A stretch of 64,000 bases of DNA from an uncultured Poribacteria bacterium (GCA_958296135.2 CATQHZ020000001.1:4640001-4704000), one strand, 5' to 3'; shown: positions 1 to 10,240, counted from the first letter of the stretch. A program made the numbers and translations. The notes: a model not told the origin generated them from the letters alone.

Positions 1-2
1 TT

Positions 3-320
3 GTTGAGAATTGGCGAATCCATGAAACGAGTCTAATTGACGCGGGTGCCACCCTAGACGGTTCTGCGCCAAGCACCGTGATGACGGTAGAAAAGCCGCG
101 ACGCAGCCATTTCAATGGGCACCTGACGGTGAAACCCGTTGTGCTCGTTGAACACCTCATCCGTCTTTTTTCTGTTCCTGGCCAGATTGTGCTTGACCCC
201 TTCCTCGGAAGCGGGACAACGGCGGTGGCCGCAATGCGATTGGGTAGAGCCTGCATCGGGATTGAAATAAACAGTGAGTCTATTAGCATCGCAAATCGGC
301 GCGTCGCAGCTGATGAATAA
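3..320 (+). CDS. DNA methyltransferase (N4-C/N6-A, beta-class-like), C-terminal part; runs off the left edge
   Basis: Frame is open from nt 3. Motifs H.TVKPV.L, VLDPFLGSGTT (SAM-binding motif I) and IGIEIN. Confidence 0.85.
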   Translation, partial: VENWRIHETSLIDAGATLDGSAPSTVMTVEKPRRSHFNGHLTVKPVVLVEHLIRLFSVPGQIVLDPFLGSGTTAVAAMRLGRACIGIEINSESISIANRRVAADE

Positions 321-628
321 CGCTACGTTTTTTCTCAGGAGGTTTATGCCCACATATTACACCTGATATACAAGAATTTCAAGTAGGGCTATACCCTCAA
401 CCACCGGGGCCGGGGAAACCTTGCGACGCGCATCTCACGCCACAGTTACAGGCACTCGTGAACGCGATACGGGATGCAGAAATTCTTGCCTGCAGGCACA
501 TCCCTCCTGGTTGTGTCAAGCGTCGTTTTGAGGTATTCCGTGAATCAGATTTGTCTCACTCAGAGAAGGAAAAACAATGAGCAGGTTTGAGATGCAAATC
601 GTTGACCTGAAAGGAGTGAAAGAAAGGA

Positions 629-1309
629 ATGCAATTCAGGTCCTTCGGCTGGAAAAACTTTATATGCGGGAGTACGGCCCCACTTTCTTTGCTACGGTTC
701 GATACGCCCGCGAGGGAGTCGAACAACGAAAGCGGCTCGGAACCGCCAAATTTTTTAAGATGCCGGGTGCATGCGCCGCAATTCCCACAGGATGCTCAAC
801 TTTTCTTCCAGATATCTCGCCGGTTCAGCACCCTGACACAGGAACCCTATCGCGTGGCATCCTGCGGTGCAACCTACCCAAACGGGGATAATTCTGATGA
901 GGTCTGGCGCGAATTCTCTTTACGGCACTGCAACGGGACACTTGATGACGCGGATACCACAGAACTGCCGCCAAAATTGCTGGCAGAAGCCTCCCAAAAA
1001 GCCGTGGCAACCCTCATCCGCAGACGCAAGGAAACGCCGCAACTGCTTCAAACGATTTTGGCGGACTCCGGAAACCATCTCGCGTATGACGCACGCAAAT
1101 CGCATCCACCTAACTTTCTCAAGTGTCGCGTCACTGAGCCGGAACGCCCGCGGCACGAACGCGAGATGTTTGAGATAGCGCGGAAATTAAGCGCGGCGAC
1201 CGGCAAAGACTACAGCATCGCGGCATACGGCGGCTCCTATCACGGCGACAAAGGATTTGATGAGGTGTGGACACACTTCTCCCTCAGAATCTTCAACTTT
1301 GACAAATGA
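629..1309 (+). CDS. Hypothetical protein with two tandem copies of an ~60-aa domain
   Basis: PPNFL(R/K)CRV...DEVW..FSLR occurs twice. SD-like AAGGAG upstream. ATGA overlap with the next gene. Confidence 0.7.
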   Translation: MQFRSFGWKNFICGSTAPLSLLRFDTPARESNNESGSEPPNFLRCRVHAPQFPQDAQLFFQISRRFSTLTQEPYRVASCGATYPNGDNSDEVWREFSLRHCNGTLDDADTTELPPKLLAEASQKAVATLIRRRKETPQLLQTILADSGNHLAYDARKSHPPNFLKCRVTEPERPRHEREMFEIARKLSAATGKDYSIAAYGGSYHGDKGFDEVWTHFSLRIFNFDK

Positions 1310-2187
1310 AAACCTTCTATTTTGCCTGCTTCATTTTCAGCGTGTGGAGTCACACTGTTGTCGCAGCACTCACTGAAACTGCGCAACAAGTCCTCGCTAC
1401 TATAGAATGGGTGGATATCCCGGAAGGCACATTCCTCATGGGCTCAACGCGCGAAGAGGCAGAAGCCGCTTACGAAGACGCAAGACTGCGGAGCTCCCTG
1501 CTGGAACAACACACCTTTGACGCGGAGGTACCGCAACATCGCGTCTACCTCGCCGCCTATCAGATGTCACGGTATGAAATCACGAACGCGCAATACCGAG
1601 CCTTCGTTGAGGCAACCAGCCGCCCTACGCCGCGCGGACATAACGGCGAAGACACCTGGGCAGACGAGACGCTCAACGCCGATGAACAACCCATCGTTGG
1701 CGTGACATGGTTTGACGCGCAGGCGTTCGCAGAATGGCTCGGCGGCAGTCTCCCTACCGAAGCGCAGTGGGAACGCGCCGCACGCGGCACAGAAGCACAA
1801 ATGTACCCCTGGGGAAACGAACCGCCAAAGGCACGCCACCACGCCAACTTCGCCCGCCGATACAATCGGCCAATGCCGGTGGGGACGTTTCCCAAAGGCG
1901 CATCACCAGACAGCATCGCAGACCTGGCGGGAAACGTTTGGGAGTGGTGCCTCGATGAATACAGTCCAACGTTTTATCAAAACGGACACCAGACGAAAAA
2001 TCCGATTAACCTGCGCTACCGCGATGTGTTGCGCGCCCGCGTCATCCGAGGCGGCGCATGGGACGTCGGCAGCGCGTTCCTCCGCTCCGCCTTGCGGTTC
2101 AAATTCTACCCGTTGGATGCAACGCATACGATCGGATTCCGGGTCATCCGTCCACACCCGCAAGTCCAAACAGGATTAAAGGATTAG
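1306..2187 (+). CDS. FGE-sulfatase (SUMF1/EgtB/PvdO) domain protein, secreted
   Basis: Motifs F.MGS, YEITNAQY, LPTEAQWE.AARG, YPWG, GNVWEW, RVIRGG.W, IGFR. Signal peptide. Confidence 0.92.
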   Translation: MKTFYFACFIFSVWSHTVVAALTETAQQVLATIEWVDIPEGTFLMGSTREEAEAAYEDARLRSSLLEQHTFDAEVPQHRVYLAAYQMSRYEITNAQYRAFVEATSRPTPRGHNGEDTWADETLNADEQPIVGVTWFDAQAFAEWLGGSLPTEAQWERAARGTEAQMYPWGNEPPKARHHANFARRYNRPMPVGTFPKGASPDSIADLAGNVWEWCLDEYSPTFYQNGHQTKNPINLRYRDVLRARVIRGGAWDVGSAFLRSALRFKFYPLDATHTIGFRVIRPHPQVQTGLKD

Positions 2188-2262
2188 GAGGATTCACAGG
2201 ACCGCGTAGCGGCCCCCGCCAACGAATGATGGAACGTTATCTGCTCATCCTTCTCATCCTCA
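2168..2262. repeat. 9-mer-periodic AGGAT.../...ATCCT inverted element overlapping two gene ends
   Basis: caggattaaaggattaggaggattcacagga followed by ctcatccttctcatcct; resembles 44063-44250 and 52395-52570. Confidence 0.5.
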
Positions 2263-3884
2263 TTTGCCCACGCTTCGGCATCGCCGAACCCTATTTTCGG
2301 GACATCACCGAAGAGATGGGACTTGATTTCCGGCACGTCAACGGATTTTCTGCCGAACGCCGCCTCGTCGAAACAATGGGCAGCGGCGGTGCACTCTTTG
2401 ATTACGATAACGACGGTGACTTGGATCTCTATCTGGTTCAAGGCAAGGCCCTTGAGAATGTAAGCGCGGATTCCCATGGGCTCCGCCCATCATCTGGCGC
2501 AACGGAACCCCTTCCCCAAAATCGCCTCTATCGCAACGACAGCGGCATCTTCATCGATGTGACAGAAACTGCCAACGTCGGCGATACAGGATATGGCCTC
2601 GGTGCCATCGCCGCAGATTACGATGGCGATGGCCATCGCGACCTTTACGTGACGAACTTAGGCACAAACGTGCTTTATCGCAATAACGGCGACGGAACGT
2701 TCACCGATGTGACAGCACCGGCAAACGTCGGTTGTCCACTGTTAAGCGCGAGTGCCGCCTTCGCCGACATTGACAGAGACGGTGACTTAGATCTTTACGT
2801 TTGTAACTACGTTGAATACGCACTTGAAACCGACATCCCGTGCTATTACCAAAAAACACTCCGTATCTACTGCGGCCCAAACGAATATCACGGCATCGCC
2901 GATGTGCTGTATCGCAACAATGGCGATGGAACGTTCACGGACATTACCGGAGCCGCGGGTGTCTATGAACCTACCACGCGTGGGCTCGGAGTCGTCTTTA
3001 CCGATGTCAACAGCGACGGATGGATGGACATTTACGTTGCAAACGACATGAGCCCGAATACCCTCTTTATGAATCAGGGAGATGGCACGTTCCGGGAGGA
3101 AGGCGTGCTGCGCGGTGTCGCCTATAACGGCGATGGACTCGCAAACGGCTCCATGGGCATTGACGCTGGCGATTACGATAACGATGGCGACATCGACTTG
3201 TGGGTGACGAACTTCTCGTTGGAGGCGAACTGCCTCATGCAAAACGATGGCAACGGCTATTTTGACGACGTGACGTTTGACACCCGTCTCGCCGATGCTT
3301 CTTTTTATGCCCTCGGCTTCGGCACCCGGTTTAACGATTTTAATAACGACGGATGGCTCGATCTGCTCGTCGGAAACGGCCATATTTGGGACAACGTCAA
3401 GCAGATTGACGCAAAAATGAGTTATGCACAACCGGTGCAGCTGTTCCGCAATCAGCAAGGAAACTTCACCGAAATTACCACAGAAGCAGGGTTAAATGAG
3501 ACTCACTACGTCGTGCGTGGAATGCTCTTCGGCGATATAGATAACGATGGCGATACGGACGTTGTCCTCTGCCAATCCAACCGTCCAGCGGTTATCCTCC
3601 GCAACGAAGTGGGCAATAAAAACGCGTGGCTGACGGTGAAGTTGGTAGGCCCTGCTGGCAACATGGATGCTATCGGTGCACAAGTGAAATTGGAAGCAAA
3701 CGGATTGACGCTACGCCGCGAGGTTATCTGTGGTGCCAGTTATCTGTCCAGCAACGACACGCGCCTTTTCTTCGGATTAGGGGATGCTTCGCTCGTGAAG
3801 AAACTTCAAATCCGCTGGCCTGATGGAACCGTCCAAGAATTCAGTGACATGCCGGTTCGGCAAGCCATCACGCTGACGCAGTGA
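2226..3884 (+). CDS. CRTAC1/ASPIC-UnbV family FG-GAP repeat protein
   Basis: Repeated DYDNDGDLDL and YRNNGDGTFTD motifs. C-terminal ASPIC/UnbV region (IGA.V...SYLS...FGLG...IRWP.G). Signal peptide starts at ATG 2226. Confidence 0.93.
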   Translation: MMERYLLILLILICPRFGIAEPYFRDITEEMGLDFRHVNGFSAERRLVETMGSGGALFDYDNDGDLDLYLVQGKALENVSADSHGLRPSSGATEPLPQNRLYRNDSGIFIDVTETANVGDTGYGLGAIAADYDGDGHRDLYVTNLGTNVLYRNNGDGTFTDVTAPANVGCPLLSASAAFADIDRDGDLDLYVCNYVEYALETDIPCYYQKTLRIYCGPNEYHGIADVLYRNNGDGTFTDITGAAGVYEPTTRGLGVVFTDVNSDGWMDIYVANDMSPNTLFMNQGDGTFREEGVLRGVAYNGDGLANGSMGIDAGDYDNDGDIDLWVTNFSLEANCLMQNDGNGYFDDVTFDTRLADASFYALGFGTRFNDFNNDGWLDLLVGNGHIWDNVKQIDAKMSYAQPVQLFRNQQGNFTEITTEAGLNETHYVVRGMLFGDIDNDGDTDVVLCQSNRPAVILRNEVGNKNAWLTVKLVGPAGNMDAIGAQVKLEANGLTLRREVICGASYLSSNDTRLFFGLGDASLVKKLQIRWPDGTVQEFSDMPVRQAITLTQ

Positions 3885-3956
3885 CGACCGGCAGGCAGGA
3901 TTTCTATCTCCTCCCTGACAACCTGGGAATAGAAAATTAAAAACCGAATAGAATTG

Positions 3957-3985
3957 TTGCCCTCATTTATTGTTCGTGCTATACT
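3957..3985 (+). promoter_or_regulatory. sigma70-type promoter, probably leaderless
   Basis: TTGCCC-N17-TATACT with extended TG; ATG lies 7 nt after the -10 box and there is no SD. Confidence 0.55.
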
Positions 3986-3992
3986 ACAAACT

Positions 3993-4337
3993 ATGAAAAT
4001 CGTTGAAGAGAGAGAAACATGGCTCTACACGCACTTTATTGTGGATAGTTTTTACATCACGGAACCGGAACGCAGGCAGATTTCTACCCGCGTTGAACCG
4101 GCGTTAATGCAATTGGGCATCCAATATGGCATGACGTACGTCATCGCGCCATCTAAACACCGCGCCATCATCGTCTTGGAGTGCATTCCGTTCGATTCGG
4201 TGAAAGTCGTCGTGAAGCAGCTAATTAACGATGTCATCGCGGATTTTCCGGTTCGGCATCCGGAACAGCGAAACGTTGTCACCAACATCACCGTCGCCGC
4301 GCCAGAACCTGTCAATGCCCAAGCCCGGGGGCAGTAA
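3993..4337 (+). CDS. Hypothetical protein
   Basis: Protein-like 114-aa ORF directly behind a promoter. Confidence 0.7.
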   Translation: MKIVEERETWLYTHFIVDSFYITEPERRQISTRVEPALMQLGIQYGMTYVIAPSKHRAIIVLECIPFDSVKVVVKQLINDVIADFPVRHPEQRNVVTNITVAAPEPVNAQARGQ

Positions 4338-5664
4338 GCACGTGCGTGCCGACGGTGCCATCGGTAATGTTGAAAATCGAGGGGAATCTGTCGCGCCAGC
4401 CATCGTTTGCACTTGGGCAGAATTGACGAGCGTTGCCTTCAATCGCGGTGACACCGGGGATGCGAGCAGCCAGTCCAGCGGAGTGTAAGAATGACGCGCC
4501 AGGGCACGTCAAATCCTGAACGGCGAGGAACATGCCGTACTCCGCCGCCGCTGCACCCATTAGCAACGCTTGGGATTGCCCCTTACACGCCTTAAGTGCA
4601 ACGCCTGAATAGCCCTGCTCGCGTGCCAAGAGAAATGTCTCAAAATCGGTGAGCGATTCGTCAATCACAACCGGTTTTAACTCGGCGGCTTTATGCATCC
4701 GATTTTCAGGGTGTGCTTTCAAATCCCTGTCGGTGGGTTGTTCAATGTAGGCAAGGCGGTGGAAGGCTTGCTCTTCCGTCTCCCGGATGCGGTTGAGAAA
4801 CTCAAGGAGGTATGCGACATCTTTGCACGTTTCATTGAAATCAGCGGAGTAGTGCCACGTGTGAACGCCGCGTTTCGCCTGTGTCTCCGCGACGATTTTG
4901 TCAATCGCCAAGACACGCGCTACGTCCCATCCCAGGTCATCGCCGTTCAATTTAATCTTGAGATGCGTTAGGCCATCTGCTATAATCCATTCAGGGAGTG
5001 TTTCCGGTAATCTGTCGTTGAGCCGGTCTGGAATATCGGCATCGGTTAACGCATCCAGCGCACCAACGAGATGGTAGAGCGGCATGGTGGGCTTCGGCAC
5101 ACGCGACGTATACCGGTCTAGATATTTGCCGGTGAACCTGTCGTTCAAGAAATGTGACAAATCTGCGCTGACGAACGCCTCGCTCAGCCCATTGTAACTG
5201 TTGATACCGTTCGCCTTTCCGAAGGCATCGTGAATCGCGGCATCAATAGGGCTCGTGGTGACAACGGTGCAGAGTTTCGGCATCGGCGAATCCAATTGCA
5301 TGTCGCGGGAGAGTTCATCGGCGATGCGCAGAAATTCCGGTTCAAGCACCTCGGAGAATTCAAGCGGATGCGCGCAGAGCGTGCAGCCTCGCGTCGCGGA
5401 CACCGCCAAGTCAGAGAGGCGTTTCATCGCCGCGAGACTCTGTTCAAACGGCGCGTAGCGCGGCGGAAATGCCCAAACATTGCCGAGCGGCATAGAGCCG
5501 GTGCCTTCAGCCACTTTCCCATCGCGCGTCTGCACTCGCAGTCGGACGTTAAAAAGGATACAGTGGTCTGTCGGTACACCACCAAATTTCAGGGGCGTGC
5601 GGTAGTGGTGCACTTCAAAGTCGTAGTCGGCATCAAGGATGCGGATATCAGTAGATTTTGACAT
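4312..5664 (-). CDS. Mandelate racemase/muconate-lactonizing (enolase superfamily) enzyme
   Basis: Motifs PIDAAIHDA.GK, LKIKL, ADFNE, IEQP, IDES, ALK.CK. Confidence 0.85.
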   Translation of the reverse strand: MSKSTDIRILDADYDFEVHHYRTPLKFGGVPTDHCILFNVRLRVQTRDGKVAEGTGSMPLGNVWAFPPRYAPFEQSLAAMKRLSDLAVSATRGCTLCAHPLEFSEVLEPEFLRIADELSRDMQLDSPMPKLCTVVTTSPIDAAIHDAFGKANGINSYNGLSEAFVSADLSHFLNDRFTGKYLDRYTSRVPKPTMPLYHLVGALDALTDADIPDRLNDRLPETLPEWIIADGLTHLKIKLNGDDLGWDVARVLAIDKIVAETQAKRGVHTWHYSADFNETCKDVAYLLEFLNRIRETEEQAFHRLAYIEQPTDRDLKAHPENRMHKAAELKPVVIDESLTDFETFLLAREQGYSGVALKACKGQSQALLMGAAAAEYGMFLAVQDLTCPGASFLHSAGLAARIPGVTAIEGNARQFCPSANDGWRDRFPSIFNITDGTVGTHVLTAPGLGH

Positions 5665-5757
5665 ATTTTCCTCGTTCGCAAGGCGTTCGGATGTGCCGAT
5701 TGGGGCAATTCCCTCTTCCTGCGTATCGCCGCCATCGACGTTGTCGATGACTACGTT
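5665..5757 (-). repeat. AAC-loop hairpin element (type-2 tail)
   Basis: Minus strand GTA-GTCATCGAC-AAC-GTCGATGGC ... AACGCCTTGCGAACGAGGAAAAT-ATG. Confidence 0.75.
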
Positions 5758-5861
5758 CTTGGTGCTAATTGGGTGGAGGTTAGCTCAGATGTGACAGGTT
5801 TTTCGTCACGTTGCCTTTCCTTTAACAGTGCGGTTAAGCACGGCCTGTTTATAGGAATTGT

Positions 5862-5890
5862 ATCATACATGAATTTCTTTGAAATGTCAA
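5862..5890 (-). promoter_or_regulatory. sigma70 promoter for the enolase-family gene
   Basis: TTGACA-N17-TATGAT on the minus strand. Confidence 0.7.
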
Positions 5891-5908
5891 GTCGGCGAGG
5901 AGACAAAA

Positions 5909-7153
5909 TTGGCTATGAATTGCGATGCGAAACTTCAACAATTGAACGGGCTTCTCAATACACATCATCAGTATCGGCAAACCTGCCTCAACCTTATCGC
6001 TTCGGAGAATACGCCTTCGCCGATGGTAGAGGCACTGCTTGACGAACGGCTCGCGCGGCGATACGGGAACTATATCGGCATCGATGTTTATCGGCGGCAC
6101 TACAAAGGCAACCGCCACATCGCCGAGATAGAGGCGTTCACGCACGAGTTAGCGAAAGAGCTCTTCGGCGCGGCTTACGTCGATTTTCGGCCGCTTTCCG
6201 GCAACATCGCGGGACTCGCAGCGACGTTCGCGCTATGCGAACCGGGCGATACACTGCTGGAGGTCAACGATGGACACCGATACGCCTATAAACTGGCATC
6301 ATCTCCGCTGAGGGTAAACCTCAACTCAATTCCGATTCCGTGGGACGGCCCACGTTCAAATATCGCGCTGCCCGAAACGCTTGCGCTCATTGAGAAACAT
6401 CGTCCGAGGGTGGTGAACGTCGGTTCTGGGGTATTTCTCTTTCCGCAGCCGGTTCGGGAATTGAAAACTGCGATGCGGCGCGCCAATCCGGATTCATATC
6501 TCATCTACGATGCGGCGCATGTCATGGGACTTATCGCCGGGGGCAGGTTTCAGTCACCTTTTGATGAAGGCGCGGACATCATCATTTCCAGCACACATAA
6601 AACCCTTGCCGGCCCACAAGGCGGCATGATACTAACCAACGATAACTCCATCGCGGAACGGATAGCGCAGACGCTCTATCCGTTGCTGATGAGCAATCAC
6701 CACCTGAGTCGGCTACCCGCGTTAGCCGGAACGTTCTTAGAGTGGATGGCCTACGGACAAGAACATGCCGATGCCATCGTTGCAAACGCGAAGGCTCTGG
6801 CACAGGCATTGGCACACCGCGGCGTGCCACTTCTCGCCGCCGAACTCGGCTTCACAGCGTCGCATACGTTGATACCGATTGTAGATAGTTATGGCGAAGG
6901 CGGCGAACTCGCCGCGCAACTGGAAACGTGCCATATTATCGCCGGCGCTGCCGGCTTGCCACCGGACGTGGGTACCTCTGGACTCCGACTCGGCGTGCAA
7001 GAGGTAACCCGATGGGGGATGACACCGGCGGATGCACCGGACATTGCAGATTGCATTCTCGCGGCACTCACCGGTGAGAATCCTGACATTGTCAAACCGA
7101 AAGTTGCACAGGTGGCGCGCCGCTTTGATACAGTGCGCTGGACGCTTTTTTAG
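5909..7153 (+). CDS. Serine hydroxymethyltransferase-like PLP enzyme (divergent)
   Basis: Motifs LIASEN, RPLSG, DAAH..GLIAGG, STHKTL.GPQGG (PLP lysine), SGLRLG. SD GAGGAG. Confidence 0.85.
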   Translation: MAMNCDAKLQQLNGLLNTHHQYRQTCLNLIASENTPSPMVEALLDERLARRYGNYIGIDVYRRHYKGNRHIAEIEAFTHELAKELFGAAYVDFRPLSGNIAGLAATFALCEPGDTLLEVNDGHRYAYKLASSPLRVNLNSIPIPWDGPRSNIALPETLALIEKHRPRVVNVGSGVFLFPQPVRELKTAMRRANPDSYLIYDAAHVMGLIAGGRFQSPFDEGADIIISSTHKTLAGPQGGMILTNDNSIAERIAQTLYPLLMSNHHLSRLPALAGTFLEWMAYGQEHADAIVANAKALAQALAHRGVPLLAAELGFTASHTLIPIVDSYGEGGELAAQLETCHIIAGAAGLPPDVGTSGLRLGVQEVTRWGMTPADAPDIADCILAALTGENPDIVKPKVAQVARRFDTVRWTLF

Positions 7154-7187
7154 TGCCGTTAGGCACGACATGTTTATAGGAGGAAAT

Positions 7188-8501
7188 ATGCTAGAAAAGC
7201 TCTTTAAACTTAACGAATTAGGCACAACGGCGAAGCGCGAGATTATCGCAGGCTGCACAACCTTCATGACGTTGTCCTATATCATTTTCGTCTGCCCCGC
7301 CCTTATGAAACTGACCGGCATGAATGAAGGGGCCGCTATGGTGGCTACCTGCCTCGCGGCCGCGGGCTCTATGTTTCTGATGGCGTTCCTTGCGAACTAC
7401 CCCATCGCATTGGCACCCGGGATGGGCATTATCCCCGTTTTTGTCTTTGGGCTCTGCCAAGGCTTGGGGTTACCGTGGCAAGAGGCACTCGGCATCGTTT
7501 TCATCTCCGGTGTCTTATTCATTGTGCTTGCTGTCGCCGGGGTGCGCGAGGCGGTGATGAACGCGATTCCACGCTCCCTTCAACAGGCCATTGCAGTCGG
7601 CATCGGGTTGTTCATTGCCTTCATCGGTTTGAAGATGGGCGGCATCGTCGTCTCGCACCCTGCGACGTTCGTAACGCACGGCAAATTTGTCTCCCCGCCG
7701 GTGCTCCTCGCACTGTTCGGTATTGTGCTGACGATGGTGCTCATGGCACGCAAGGTGCCAGGCGCGATTCTCATCGCCATGCTCGGCACAGCCGTGCTCA
7801 GCCTCCTGTTCGGGCTGGTGAAATTTGAGGGAATCGTTGCAGCGCCGCCTTCCATCGCGCCAACAGCGTTCAAGTTGCAATTTCCAAACGTCTTCGCCAG
7901 GCCAGAACTATTCGCCATGATTTTCGTCTTCTTCTTCGTAGACATGTTCGATAGCATCGGCACCTTCACGGCCATTGGACATCAGGGGGGGCTGCTCACC
8001 GATGGCAAACTCCCGAAAGCGCGACAGGCACTGCTCACAGACGCAATCGGTTCCGCTGGCGGCGCACTCCTCGGCACCTCCACGGTGACGAGTTACATTG
8101 AGAGCGCATCCGGTATCGCCGCTGGAGGACGCACTGGGCTTACCGCTATTGTCACAGGGCTGCTCATGTTGGTGGCACTGTTTTTCAGCCCCCTCGTCCA
8201 AATCGTTGGGGCCCCTATTGGCGAAGCAAATTTGAATCCCGCGATTGCCCCCGCTTTAATTATTGTCGGCAGTCTCATGATTAAAGGCATCGTCACCATT
8301 GAATGGGATGATCTGACGGAAGCGGTTCCAGCATTTCTGACGCTCATCATGATGCCGCTCGCTTTCAGTGTTACGGATGGCATCGCCTACGGATTTATCG
8401 CGTATGCCTTCATGAAACTCGTAACCGGACGCGCGAAAGAGGCGCATTGGCTCATCTACCTGTTCGCCGTCCTCTTTATCGTGCTGTATTTCGTCCGATA
8501 G
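7188..8501 (+). CDS. NCS2/AzgA-family purine permease
   Basis: Motifs EIIAGCTTFMT, LAPGMG, DMFDSIGT, GTSTVTSYIESASG..GGRTG. Strong SD. Confidence 0.93.
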   Translation: MLEKLFKLNELGTTAKREIIAGCTTFMTLSYIIFVCPALMKLTGMNEGAAMVATCLAAAGSMFLMAFLANYPIALAPGMGIIPVFVFGLCQGLGLPWQEALGIVFISGVLFIVLAVAGVREAVMNAIPRSLQQAIAVGIGLFIAFIGLKMGGIVVSHPATFVTHGKFVSPPVLLALFGIVLTMVLMARKVPGAILIAMLGTAVLSLLFGLVKFEGIVAAPPSIAPTAFKLQFPNVFARPELFAMIFVFFFVDMFDSIGTFTAIGHQGGLLTDGKLPKARQALLTDAIGSAGGALLGTSTVTSYIESASGIAAGGRTGLTAIVTGLLMLVALFFSPLVQIVGAPIGEANLNPAIAPALIIVGSLMIKGIVTIEWDDLTEAVPAFLTLIMMPLAFSVTDGIAYGFIAYAFMKLVTGRAKEAHWLIYLFAVLFIVLYFVR

Positions 8502-8519
8502 CACGCAGCACACACCTTG

Positions 8520-8587
8520 TCGGCGCGGTTCTCAACCGCACCGGGAACCCAACTGTCCGGTAGGCGCACTTCCAAAGCGCGCCTACC
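8520..8587. repeat. GTAG-type REP palindromes
   Basis: cggcgcggtt..aaccgcaccg and ggtaggcgc..gcgcctacc. Confidence 0.65.
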
Positions 8588-8604
8588 AGAGGTAGCATCA
8601 AAAA

Positions 8605-8692
8605 CGTAGTCATTGACAACGTCAATGACGGCCCTAGCAAACAGCCGTGATTGCACGACAAACGCATTGCGACATACAAAAAGGCGGAAAAT
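8605..8692 (+). repeat. AAC-loop hairpin element (type-2 tail)
   Basis: CGTA-GTCATTGAC-AAC-GTCAATGAC-GGCC ... AAACGCATTGCGACATACAAAAAGG, ending at ATG 8693. Confidence 0.8.
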
Positions 8693-10015
8693 ATGCTAGA
8701 AAAACTATTTCGCTTGAAAGAACTTGAGACATCAGTCAGACGCGAGATTGTGGCAGGCTGCACAACCTTCATGACGCTGTCCTATATTATCTTCGTTAAC
8801 CCTGCCCTTCTTTCACAAACCGGCATGAATAGCGGTTCCATCATGGTGGCCACCTGCGTCTCTAGCGCACTGGCGATGTTCCTGATGGGATTTCTGACCA
8901 ACTATCCCATCGCATTAGCACCGGGAATGGGCATTAACGCCTACTTTGTCTTCAACCTTTGCTTAGGTTTAGGGCTACCGTGGCAAGAAGCACTCGGCAT
9001 CGTTTTCATCTCCGGTGCCTTATTCGTGCTGCTCTCCTGCGTCGGCGTGCGGGAAACGCTGATGAACTCTCTGCCCTCTTCACTGCAAAATGCGATGGCC
9101 GGCGGCATCGGGTTGTTCATCGCTTTCATCGGTTTGCAGATGAGCGGCATCGTCACCTCGCACCCAGCCACGTTTGTCACACTCGGCAAGCTGGGCTCTA
9201 CGCCAGTGCTCCTCTCGCTGCTCGGTATTATGATAACGCTGCTCCTCATGGCGCGCAATGTACCGGGCGCAATTCTCATCGGCATCCTGACATCGGCCGT
9301 GCTCAGCTTGGCGTTTGGCCTGGTGAAATTTGAGGGAATCGTCGCCGCACCGCCCTCCATCGCGCCGACATTCTTCGCACTCAAATTCCCAGATTTCAGC
9401 AGAATGGAACTCATCCCTGTCATCTTTGTCTTCTTTTCTGTTGACATGTTTGATAGCGTCGGCACCTTCACCGCGACGAGTCAACAGGCAGGGCTGCTTA
9501 AATACGGGAGACTCCCAAAGGCACGAAACGCGCTTTTGGCAGACGCAATCGGTTCCACGGGCGGCGCACTCTTGGGAACCTCCACAGTGACAAGTTATAT
9601 TGAAAGCGCGTCCGGCATCGCTAATGGCGGACGCACCGGGCTGACAACTATTGTCACCGGACTGCTGATGTTGGTGGCACTCTTCTTTAGTCCGCTCATT
9701 AAAATTGTTGGCGGCGGATATGTCGTCGATGGCGGAGGAGTCCTTTATCCAGTAATCGCACCCGCCTTAATCATCGTCGGATGTTTAATGCTTAAACCCA
9801 TCGTCAACATCAAGTGGGACGACATCACCGAAGCCATACCGGCGTTCCTCTGCTTGGTGATGATGCCGCTCAGTTTCAGCATTACGGACGGAATCGCGTT
9901 AGGGTTCATCTCTACCGCTATCCTGAAACTCGTCACCAACCGCAGAAAAGAGGTACACGAATTCATCTATTACTTCGCTGTCTTCTTCATCGCGCGGTAC
10001 ATTGGATTCGCATAG
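8693..10015 (+). CDS. NCS2/AzgA-family purine permease (tandem paralogue)
   Basis: Same motifs as 7188-8501. Confidence 0.93.
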   Translation: MLEKLFRLKELETSVRREIVAGCTTFMTLSYIIFVNPALLSQTGMNSGSIMVATCVSSALAMFLMGFLTNYPIALAPGMGINAYFVFNLCLGLGLPWQEALGIVFISGALFVLLSCVGVRETLMNSLPSSLQNAMAGGIGLFIAFIGLQMSGIVTSHPATFVTLGKLGSTPVLLSLLGIMITLLLMARNVPGAILIGILTSAVLSLAFGLVKFEGIVAAPPSIAPTFFALKFPDFSRMELIPVIFVFFSVDMFDSVGTFTATSQQAGLLKYGRLPKARNALLADAIGSTGGALLGTSTVTSYIESASGIANGGRTGLTTIVTGLLMLVALFFSPLIKIVGGGYVVDGGGVLYPVIAPALIIVGCLMLKPIVNIKWDDITEAIPAFLCLVMMPLSFSITDGIALGFISTAILKLVTNRRKEVHEFIYYFAVFFIARYIGFA

Positions 10016-10084
10016 AGGCGCAACCTGACTCTCGCCAGGCACCAATCTCATCGGAAGACGTTCTCCCGCGCTGCTATCCAAGAC

Positions 10085-10217
10085 CGGGGGGACAGCGAGG
10101 GGAACCCTCGGCGATTAGCTATCGCTGGGTTTTCCCTCGCACTACGGCGAAAATCCTCCTTTACCGTGGGACAGCAAGGGCCCGGCAGTCACTAACTGCC
10201 GGGCCCTCGCACTACGG
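10085..10217. repeat. REP/REPIN-like palindromes
   Basis: Two hairpins each ending in ccctcgcactacgg. 10095-10146 is the near reverse complement of 19024-19075. Confidence 0.7.
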
Positions 10218-10240
10218 TGAAAACTTTGAGCTCATTTTTC

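Noticed and set aside
577-891. 104-aa ORF with an SD-like sequence
   Set aside because: It overlaps 629-1309, whose internal duplication supports that frame. A short real N-terminal remnant cannot be excluded.
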